Positions 29,116-36,482 of a stretch of 64,000 nucleotides of DNA are shown here, piece after piece. The stretch is taken from positions 399,383 to 463,382 of the forward strand of contig CAZVVT010000001.1 of NCBI GenBank assembly GCA_964630595.1, written 5' to 3'. The translations under genes and the position numbers were made by a program. The notes under the pieces were generated by a model that saw only the letters and a list, made by a program, of their open reading frames with translations, did no database searches and was not told the origin of the DNA. The DNA is from an uncultured bacterium. Its GTDB lineage: Bacteria > Chlamydiota > Chlamydiia > Chlamydiales > VFKH01. Position 1 is the first letter of the stretch, and each line of letters opens with the position of its first letter.

Positions 29116-30038
29116 TTTTTGGCCACTCGTTTGGGTTTTTCGCGCACTACTTTTTTAGGAGGCTTATCGCTCCTCATGCCCTTGAAGACGGGTTGGCGCA
29201 AAATGCCATCATCCGTCCACTCTGCAAAAGCAACCTCACAAACCTTGACTGGCCTGATCCAGGCAACCTTTTCATTGGGATGGGGTTCGTTGAAAAAGGG
29301 ACAGCGCGCTGTACGTAAAGGAGCAAGCTCTTCATAGGCCTCCTTCAGCGAGCTGCGGCTGAACCCGCCTCCCACATGACCCACATAGCGCAGTTTGCCT
29401 CCTTCATAGACACCTACCAAAAGCGCCCCAAGGTAGGAGCGACTCCTGCGCGGCTGCGTAAAACCGCCGATCACTACCTCTTGCCGAAGTGTTGTTTTCA
29501 CCTTGAGCCACTCACGGCTACGCCTCAGAAGATAGTGGCTCTCTCCTCTCTTGGCGATCATCCCTTCCAGACCCTTATGAAGAGCCTTCTTGAAAAATGC
29601 CTTTCCTTTTCCCGCCACATGATCGCTGTATTTCACGTGTGGCATAGAGGCTGTCTTGAGCAGCGTGTGCAGAATCTTTTTGCGCTCCAGCAGCGGCTTG
29701 CTGCGCAAGTTCTTGCCGTTGAGAGAGAGAATGTCGAAGACGTAATAGTAAGGTGTTCCCTTCCTCGTACGCTGATAATTCTGCAGCAGCTGGAACTTTG
29801 AGCGACCCTGTCGATCTAAAATCACCATCTCGCCATCGAGAAAGCATCGCGCCCTCAGCCTTTCCAATTCCTGCACGATCGAAGGAAAATGTTCTGTATA
29901 GGACTTAGTACCACGCGAAAGAAGCTGCACCCCCACTCCCTTCTTTGCCAATGTGCGAAACCCATCCCACTTCGTCTCAAAAACCCAATTCCTATCATCG
30001 AAAGGCTCATCCACAAGGGTGGCCAACATGACCTTCAT
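29112..30038 (-). CDS. ligD: ATP-dependent DNA ligase (LigD ligase domain as a separate ORF)
   Basis: The track ORF 29112..30065 starts at a GTG. I prefer the ATG at 30038 (MKVMLATLVDEP), which overlaps the upstream stop as ATGA. The adenylation motif I is present (VFETKWDGFR, KxDG), plus EGMIAKR and an OB-fold C-terminus. Confidence 0.88.
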   Translation of the reverse strand: MKVMLATLVDEPFDDRNWVFETKWDGFRTLAKKGVGVQLLSRGTKSYTEHFPSIVQELERLRARCFLDGEMVILDRQGRSKFQLLQNYQRTRKGTPYYYVFDILSLNGKNLRSKPLLERKKILHTLLKTASMPHVKYSDHVAGKGKAFFKKALHKGLEGMIAKRGESHYLLRRSREWLKVKTTLRQEVVIGGFTQPRRSRSYLGALLVGVYEGGKLRYVGHVGGGFSRSSLKEAYEELAPLRTARCPFFNEPHPNEKVAWIRPVKVCEVAFAEWTDDGILRQPVFKGMRSDKPPKKVVREKPKRVAKK

Positions 30039-30421
30039 GTTTCCCTCGTCTTCATCAGCAGCCACATCTTTTTGCCTTTAAAACGGATCAGATCAAAGTT
30101 CCCCTTCAACCTCTTGCCCTGCAGCCGAATCTTGATGTGCCCCTTCTTCATCTGCTGCGCCAAACTTCCCTCACGCACGGTATAGCGACCCCGGTCCCAT
30201 ATCTCCACCCGCCCCGCCCCATACTCGCCCTTGGGAATCACCCCCTCAAACTTCCCATACGAGAGCGCATGGTCCTCCACCTGAATCGCCAGCCTCTTCT
30301 CATGCAACTTAGCTACCGGCCGCTTCGGTACCGCCCAACTTAGCAGCACACCCCCATGCTCCAAGCGAAAGTCATAATGCAGATGGCTAGCGTAGTGTTT
30401 TTGAATGACGAAGAGAGGCAT
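30035..30421 (-). CDS. LigD 3'-phosphoesterase domain protein
   Basis: 128-aa ORF. The sequence FVIQKHYASHLHYDFRLEHGGVLLSWAVPK....IQVEDHALSYGKFEGVIPKGEYGAG.VEIWDRGRY is the conserved LigD-PE core with its His/Asp metal ligands. Confidence 0.85.
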   Translation of the reverse strand: MPLFVIQKHYASHLHYDFRLEHGGVLLSWAVPKRPVAKLHEKRLAIQVEDHALSYGKFEGVIPKGEYGAGRVEIWDRGRYTVREGSLAQQMKKGHIKIRLQGKRLKGNFDLIRFKGKKMWLLMKTRET

Positions 30422-30465
30422 AAGCTCTATATATGCCGAAATCGATTTAAGCTGAATTTTAAGCC

Positions 30466-31332
30466 TTAAGCTCTTGGGTGGGCCTTGTCGTAGACTTGCC
30501 TCTTCAGCTTGGTGGAGACGTGGGTGTAGATGACGGTGGCGGCGAGGCTTGTGTGGCCGAGGAGGGTTTGGATGGATTTGAGGTCCATCCCGTTTTCGAG
30601 CCAGTGGGTGGCGACGGAGTGACGCAAGGTGTGAGGCGTGACGCGGCCGGCGATGCCGCTTGTGCGAAGGTAGCGCAGAAATGTGCGGTCGAGGGAGCGG
30701 GAGGAGAGACGAGTGCCGTGGCGATTGAGAAAAGTGGCGGGGTTTTTCGGACGCTCTTTGTGGTGGAGATAGCGAGAGAGCCAGTCGGCGGCGATGGAGG
30801 TGATGGGGACAAGGCGCTCTTTGCGCCCTTTGCCTCGCAGAAGCACCGAGAGGCCTTTGAGATCGAGGTCTTCGTTGTTCAGACCCACCAACTCGCTGTT
30901 GCGTAAGCCACTGCTGTAGAGCAACTCGAGAATCGCGCGGTCGCGTAGGCCAAGAAGCGTATCGGTGCGCGGCTGCTGAAAGAGCAGAAGGACTTGCTCA
31001 AAGGTGAGAAACTGCGGAATGCGCTGCTCTTGCTTGGGTCGCTCAATCTCCAACATCGGGTTGTGATCCACCCATTGAGCGGTCAGGGCGTAGGCGAAGA
31101 AGGTGCGCAGGGCGGAGACGCGGCGCGCTTGCGTGCGCTTGGAGCTGCCCTTTTCGGCAATGCCGGCGATGAAAGTGCGCAGGAGTTTGCGGTCGACATC
31201 GCGCAAAGTGAGTTCACCGAGAAATTCTTGGAAGCGCTGCAGGTCGAGTTGGTAATTGCGTATGGTGTGCGGCGAAAGATTGCGCTCCGCATCGAGATGT
31301 TTTAGGTAGGCAGTGATTTTTTCTCGAACCAT
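30466..31332 (-). CDS. xerC: Tyrosine recombinase XerC/XerD family
   Basis: 288-aa ORF with the N-terminal SAM-like domain (LSPHTIRNYQLDLQRFQEFL) and the catalytic R..HxxR..Y set (ELLYSSGLRNSE, PHTLRHSVATHWLENG, LLGHTSLAATVIYTHV). The start lies 31 nt inside the 3' end of the upstream MFS gene. Confidence 0.85.
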   Translation of the reverse strand: MVREKITAYLKHLDAERNLSPHTIRNYQLDLQRFQEFLGELTLRDVDRKLLRTFIAGIAEKGSSKRTQARRVSALRTFFAYALTAQWVDHNPMLEIERPKQEQRIPQFLTFEQVLLLFQQPRTDTLLGLRDRAILELLYSSGLRNSELVGLNNEDLDLKGLSVLLRGKGRKERLVPITSIAADWLSRYLHHKERPKNPATFLNRHGTRLSSRSLDRTFLRYLRTSGIAGRVTPHTLRHSVATHWLENGMDLKSIQTLLGHTSLAATVIYTHVSTKLKRQVYDKAHPRA

Positions 31333-32885
31333 ACAGTCTTGATGATGATGTAGCTCAATATAACAGCAATGGCGACAACAACCCAGCCCATTGCAAAGTA
31401 GGCGTCGTTGGTAGCGCTGAGGGTGGATTGGTGGATGAGGTTTTGGGCGACGCTGAGGTGAGAGAGGGTTTCAGCGGTGGGGGCATTGATCCCTAAGTCT
31501 TGGAAGCGCTCTTGGAGGGTGGTGGTGACGCTTTGGAAGGTGGTGCTGTAGGGAAGGACGTTCGCGCTGTAGACTTGCGTGTGGTAGGCCTGGCGGTAGA
31601 CGGCGATGAGACTGATGATCGAGGCACCAGAGGCGCCGCCCATTTGGCGACAGAAGGTGACCAGCATAGAACCGGGAGGAATGTCTTCTTTGGGAATGTC
31701 GATGAGAGCCAGGGCGGTGCCAGGACCCAGGGCGAGGCCGGTGCCCAGGGCGCGGATCATAAAAAGGGAGGCCCACTGCCATTGATCGCTTTGAATGGTA
31801 AGGGTCATTTGAGCAAAGCAGCTGATGGCCATGATCACAAGGCCGATAAGGGTGAGAATGCGCACATTGATCCACTCGGTGAGAAATCCAACGGTAGATC
31901 CCACGATGCCCAGCACCACTCCATAACCGGCAAAAAGGAGGGCGATGCGCCACTTTTCGTAGCCGAGGATGTGCTCAAAAAGGCCCGGCATGCCCGTGGC
32001 TGTGCCAAACAACAGTGCACCGTTGACGGCAAGGGCTATGCAACCAATCCAAAAATGACGAGAACGAAAGAGACGAATCATCACGGCGGGGTTTTGTGCT
32101 CTCAGCTCACGACGCACCATCAAGATAAGAGAAATAGCGCCAACGATTAAACAGCTGCGGATGAAGGTAGAACTCCACCCCAGAGTGTTCCAAAGGGCTT
32201 TTACGTTGGTGATGATCATGAGCCAACAAACCAGAAAACTCACGAAGAAGAAATAGCCTAAGTGGTCAAACATCGGCATTTCAGGATGAGCCTCTGTCTC
32301 TGGCTGGAAAAGCCATGTGACTATAAGACAGGGAATTCCTAAAAAAACGTTGATCCAGTACAGCCACTGCCAAGCAAGATACTGCCCCACATAGCCGCCG
32401 AAGAGAAACCCCGCTACGCTTCCCATACCAAAACCAATGCCCATGTAGATGGAGAGAGCCAGTGCCATGCGTTCTTTGGGAAAGACACGCTGGATGATCG
32501 TCAGCGAAATGGGAAAGATGATGCCCCCTCCACACCCCTCAATCACACGAAAGGTGATCAATGTGGCAAAATTAGGCGCTAGCGCTGCACAGATCGACGC
32601 AACAATAAAGATCGACAACCCTAAGAAAAAAGCAAACTTGTATCCGAAACGCTCCGCCAACCAACCCGAAATAGGCAAACAGGTTCCCACAGCCGCCAAA
32701 AAGCCTGTAGAGAGCCAGATCAAACCCGTTTGGTCGATCATCAATTCGCCTTGGATGTTGCTCGCCGCAAGAGAACTTGAAAGCGATGAGACAATGGCCA
32801 ATAAGGTCACCAAACTGATGTTGAGCAGAATCAACCAGGGAAAAACCGGATGACTCTGGTCGATCAATGGTTTGCGCCAGATCAT
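31302..32885 (-). CDS. MFS efflux transporter, DHA2/EmrB family (14 TMS)
   Basis: 527-aa ORF with ~14 hydrophobic segments. It contains the typical WLAERFGYKFAFFLGLSIFIVASICAALAP segment. Confidence 0.82.
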   Translation of the reverse strand: MIWRKPLIDQSHPVFPWLILLNISLVTLLAIVSSLSSSLAASNIQGELMIDQTGLIWLSTGFLAAVGTCLPISGWLAERFGYKFAFFLGLSIFIVASICAALAPNFATLITFRVIEGCGGGIIFPISLTIIQRVFPKERMALALSIYMGIGFGMGSVAGFLFGGYVGQYLAWQWLYWINVFLGIPCLIVTWLFQPETEAHPEMPMFDHLGYFFFVSFLVCWLMIITNVKALWNTLGWSSTFIRSCLIVGAISLILMVRRELRAQNPAVMIRLFRSRHFWIGCIALAVNGALLFGTATGMPGLFEHILGYEKWRIALLFAGYGVVLGIVGSTVGFLTEWINVRILTLIGLVIMAISCFAQMTLTIQSDQWQWASLFMIRALGTGLALGPGTALALIDIPKEDIPPGSMLVTFCRQMGGASGASIISLIAVYRQAYHTQVYSANVLPYSTTFQSVTTTLQERFQDLGINAPTAETLSHLSVAQNLIHQSTLSATNDAYFAMGWVVVAIAVILSYIIIKTVWFEKKSLPT

Positions 32886-33793
32886 TATCGTGTGTAGATG
32901 CGGACTTCCGCCGACATCCCCGGAAAGAGATAAAGCGACTCTAGATCATCGGGCAGATTGGTTTTGTCAATCGAGATCTTAATCGGAATGCGCTGCTCTA
33001 CTTTTGTGTAATTGCCCGTGGCATTGTCGGGAGGAATCAGAGAAAACTGACTTGCAGCTGAACCTTGAATGGCAAAGACCGTCCCCTCAAAAGTAGCTCC
33101 AGGATAAGCGTCGACCCATATTTTTACCGGATCGCCAATCGATACTCCCGCTAAGTCGGTCTCTTGCAAAATAGCCAGCACCCAAACATCTTCCAGATCG
33201 TAAAGAGAAAAAATCGATTGCCCAGGACGAATGACATTGCCCGTCCACTGCCAACGCTTTGTGATCTGCCCACTCATCGGAGCGTGAATGTAGGTATGAC
33301 GCAATTGGCTCTCTAGGTAGGCCGTATGCTTGCGATTCACTTCGTACTCCGCCTGCGCAACTTCTAAAGAGGCCTTTGCCATTTGTAGATTTTTGCTGGC
33401 ATGGTCCCACTGCTGAGCGGTAATAATCTGCTCGGAAAATCCCTTTTTCGCCCGCTCATAGTCATCATAGACCTTCGCTAAGTGCGCCTCTGCATACCGA
33501 ATCTGCGCCTCTTGCAAACTCACCTGCGCTTTGGATTGCTCAAACTGCGGTTCGATGAGCGTACGGTCAAGCTCCGCAAGCAGCTCACCTTCTTCCACCA
33601 TATCCCCTTCATCGACATAAAGAGCTGTAATGCGCAATGTCTCCAAATCATTGCTCACCAAGGTTTCAAAGCCCATCACCTGCGCATCGTTCGTATAGAC
33701 TGTCTCTCTAGTAAAGCTGTAGAGCCACCAGCCCACCGCGCCGCAGATGAGCGCTAAAACAAGGACAACAAGGACTGTTCTTCTATTTTCCAT
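32885..33793 (-). CDS. HlyD/EmrA-family membrane fusion protein
   Basis: 302-aa ORF with a single N-terminal TM, coiled-coil hairpin region (QFEQSKAQVSLQEAQIRYAEAHL...LEVAQAEYEVN) and a beta-barrel C-terminus (YTKVEQRIPIKISI). Confidence 0.82.
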   Translation of the reverse strand: MENRRTVLVVLVLALICGAVGWWLYSFTRETVYTNDAQVMGFETLVSNDLETLRITALYVDEGDMVEEGELLAELDRTLIEPQFEQSKAQVSLQEAQIRYAEAHLAKVYDDYERAKKGFSEQIITAQQWDHASKNLQMAKASLEVAQAEYEVNRKHTAYLESQLRHTYIHAPMSGQITKRWQWTGNVIRPGQSIFSLYDLEDVWVLAILQETDLAGVSIGDPVKIWVDAYPGATFEGTVFAIQGSAASQFSLIPPDNATGNYTKVEQRIPIKISIDKTNLPDDLESLYLFPGMSAEVRIYTR

Positions 33794-35171
33794 CTTTTAA
33801 GCTCCCCACAGCATGCTGTAGGCCCAAATAGGAGGTATAAAGGTTATAGGCGGCCTGGTCACGTAAAAGTTTTGCTCGCACACGCTCATCCACAGCGATT
33901 TCATAGTCGAAAATGTTGATGTACCCCACATCCAGCTGGTCATGCGCTTGCTGCACCAACTCATCGGCCAGAGCAACGTTTGTCTTGGCATAGGCCAATT
34001 GCGCAATCGACTCCTCGATATCCCAGATTTGCTTGCGCACCTCTTGATGCACAAGTTGTTGCATATTAAGGTAGTTATAACGCTCTGCCCGCCACTGCGC
34101 CTCTGCTTGACGAATCGATAATTCGCGCCCAAAACTATCAAAAAGCAGCCACTTCACATCGAGCCCGACACTCCACTGAAAACTCATGTCTTCAATGTTT
34201 TTACTGGGATAAAGGGCCCACAAAGCAGGCATCCCCCCATACTCCATCGTCAGATCCGCTGTAGGCAAATAAGTCCCCTGCCTATCGTGGACCTTCTCCG
34301 CCGCTATAGTCATGAGCAGCCCCGCTTGAAATAGGTCAGGACGCTGCTGGTTTGACAGCGCTTCCCAATAGGTAATCTCCTGCGAGTGAAAAAAGGAGGT
34401 ATGCGCATCGCGAATGAGCGTAGGAGCCGGTAGCGCAGCCACCTTCGTCTCCGCATCTTCAAGCTTCGAGATCATCGGGACCGGTATGGCCTGGCAAAGG
34501 CTTTCCACCTCCACACTGTGACAAGCGGGATCCATGCCAATCACTTGCGCCAAAGTGTCGCGGTCGGTCTTCAAATCACGAAGAGCTTGGTAATAAAGCG
34601 CTGTTGCATTCGCTAGAGCGACCTTGCTCTGGTTCACCTGGAAAATGATGGCCTCTCCAATAGAGAGCCTGCCCTCCATCTGCTTGAGCAAATTCGATAA
34701 AAGCTCAATGCGCTCCGCTTGCGTAGCCATCACTAACTTATCTAAAACAACTTTGTAATAAGCGCTTTTTACTCGATAAGTTAAATCGTTAATTAGAGCG
34801 CAATAAATTAAATTCAATTGCTGTTTCTGCAGTTTTTGCAGAACTACGTTGTAGTATTTGCCGCTCGAAAATAAAGCTTGCGTCAAGGTCAGCTGAGTGA
34901 GGTAGCCCACCGTCGAATCCTGCAGCGGCTTTTGCTCAAACTGACTCTTCGTGACCTGCGACTCCGCTACCAACTGCGGCAGCCACTTCGTGTAGGACTC
35001 CAAAACCCCCAGTTCTGCCTTGTAGACCAACTCTCTTGTCTTGAGGACCTGTTTGTTGCAGCGCATGGCCATCGCCATCGCCTCTTCGGGGCTGTGCAGC
35101 ACGCGTGTGTCGTTTGCAAAAAGAAGGAGCGTATGAGAGACTAGAACTGTCATAAAAAGAGGGTATCTCAT
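33783..35171 (-). CDS. TolC-like outer membrane efflux protein
   Basis: 462-aa ORF with a signal peptide and two OEP-type repeats with long helical segments. It is first in the tolC-emrA-emrB arrangement. Confidence 0.75.
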   Translation of the reverse strand: MRYPLFMTVLVSHTLLLFANDTRVLHSPEEAMAMAMRCNKQVLKTRELVYKAELGVLESYTKWLPQLVAESQVTKSQFEQKPLQDSTVGYLTQLTLTQALFSSGKYYNVVLQKLQKQQLNLIYCALINDLTYRVKSAYYKVVLDKLVMATQAERIELLSNLLKQMEGRLSIGEAIIFQVNQSKVALANATALYYQALRDLKTDRDTLAQVIGMDPACHSVEVESLCQAIPVPMISKLEDAETKVAALPAPTLIRDAHTSFFHSQEITYWEALSNQQRPDLFQAGLLMTIAAEKVHDRQGTYLPTADLTMEYGGMPALWALYPSKNIEDMSFQWSVGLDVKWLLFDSFGRELSIRQAEAQWRAERYNYLNMQQLVHQEVRKQIWDIEESIAQLAYAKTNVALADELVQQAHDQLDVGYINIFDYEIAVDERVRAKLLRDQAAYNLYTSYLGLQHAVGSLKDGK

Positions 35172-35176
35172 ATCTA

Positions 35177-35797
35177 ATGAACACTAAATTAGGTGGGTTA
35201 AAAACGAAAGAATTAACTCGCTCAACCCTCATTGTATTTTCCACTGAATTGGAGGCCAAAGCCACCATCGATTGCCTCGGTGCAAAGGGGCGAGGGCACC
35301 TGCGCTGGTTTCCCGGCGGAGCGGTGATGATCTGCGGCATGGGCTCCATCAACGCAGCCGCCCGCATCCTGGAAGTGGGCCACTGTTTCGACCAAATTTG
35401 GAATATCGGTATTGCAGGAGCTTTGAAACCTCTGCAAGGAATTCATCCTGTAGGGCGCATCGAAAAGCTCAAAAGCCTGCCAGCAACGACAAGCGCTCAT
35501 AGCCATCAGTTCTTCGACAAACTTCACCCCGCACAGCACATCGGCGAGGGGCTAACGCTTGTCACCAGCGATTTCCCCATTTTTGACGAGACCCTGAAGT
35601 CCACTTTGTCCCATGATCTGGTCGACATGGAGGGCTGGGGCATTGCCTATGCCGCTTCGCTTTTACATAAACCTCTGAAGATGTGGAAAATGCCCTCCGA
35701 CTCTGCCGGAGAAAACGACCAGCACGCCCTTCACGCAAACCTTCAGGCGTGTGCTTTTACCATCGCGGATTTTGTGGAGAAACAGATCCATGCATAG
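35177..35797 (+). CDS. PNP_UDP_1-family nucleosidase (MTA/SAH nucleosidase or futalosine hydrolase-like)
   Basis: 206-aa ORF with ICGMGSINAAA, NIGIAGAL and VDMEGWGIAYAA, matching the MtnN/MqnB-type fold signatures. Substrate cannot be assigned. Confidence 0.65.
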   Translation: MNTKLGGLKTKELTRSTLIVFSTELEAKATIDCLGAKGRGHLRWFPGGAVMICGMGSINAAARILEVGHCFDQIWNIGIAGALKPLQGIHPVGRIEKLKSLPATTSAHSHQFFDKLHPAQHIGEGLTLVTSDFPIFDETLKSTLSHDLVDMEGWGIAYAASLLHKPLKMWKMPSDSAGENDQHALHANLQACAFTIADFVEKQIHA

Positions 35798-36482
35798 ACA
35801 CTTTGACGACAAGTCCGCATTGCAACACGTGCACGAAAAACGCCTTGAGGGGGTATTGAGCGAGCCCCATGGCAAGGAGCTCTCCGGGCTGCTTTTTGGC
35901 TTTGTCGACGGCTGCCGGATGACAGCGGGCTTTCTTCTCATCGCCTCTTTCGCCTTAGACTGGAAAACGGGGCTCATCACCTCACTGGCTCTCTTGATTC
36001 TGCTAGCAGGCCGCTCTGCCCTACTCGGCAAAGAGCGCTTAGAGCGCCTGCACACGATGGCAGAACAGGAGCGCTACGAGATCGAACACCACCGCGGACA
36101 AGAACGCGAGGAGCTAAAAGCGCTTTATTCGACCAAAGGCTTTAAGGGCGAGCTGCTCGATAAGGTCGTCGATGTGCTCATGGCCGACGACAATCGCCTG
36201 CTGCGCGTCATGCTGGAAGAGGAGATGGGGCTTTCACTCGAAGCTTATGAGCATCCCTTAAAACAGGCCCTCTCCGTAGCCCTGGGCGGACTTCTTTCGA
36301 TCGCGATCTGCATTCCCCTTCTCTTCGTAGAAAGACCCTGGCCACAAGTAGCTGCCCTTACACTCGTTGCGATCACCAGCGGTTGGGCAGCGAAAAGCGA
36401 AAAGAGCCCCATCATCAACGCACTGATCTGGCAAGTTGCAGTGGTCTTGCTGGCCGGCATGCTGGTATACTTTATTTCCTGA
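35790..36482 (+). CDS. VIT1/CCC1-family (DUF125) iron/manganese transporter
   Basis: Within ORF 35751..36482 I prefer the ATG at 35790 (MHRHFDD), which overlaps the upstream stop by 8 nt. The central acidic helix region EQERYEIEHHRGQEREELKALYSTKGFKGELLDKVVDVLMADDNRLLRVMLEEEMGL is characteristic and is flanked by TM segments. Confidence 0.75.
   Translation: MHRHFDDKSALQHVHEKRLEGVLSEPHGKELSGLLFGFVDGCRMTAGFLLIASFALDWKTGLITSLALLILLAGRSALLGKERLERLHTMAEQERYEIEHHRGQEREELKALYSTKGFKGELLDKVVDVLMADDNRLLRVMLEEEMGLSLEAYEHPLKQALSVALGGLLSIAICIPLLFVERPWPQVAALTLVAITSGWAAKSEKSPIINALIWQVAVVLLAGMLVYFIS

Noticed and set aside
28312-30421. Interpretation of the three LigD ORFs as a frameshifted LigD pseudogene
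   Set aside because: The breaks coincide with domain boundaries. Each downstream ORF has its own ATG in an ATGA overlap, and catalytic motifs (KxDG, DxD, the PE His/Asp core) look intact. This cannot be fully excluded without read-level data, so it is kept as a check in the finding.
30466-31332. Tyrosine recombinase as a marker of an integrated mobile element carrying the SIR2-like and LigD genes
   Set aside because: The protein has the XerC/XerD-type N-terminal domain, and its start is embedded in the 3' end of the efflux-pump gene. I found no flanking direct repeats, att-like tRNA junction, or phage or transposon genes. It is most simply the chromosomal Xer recombinase.
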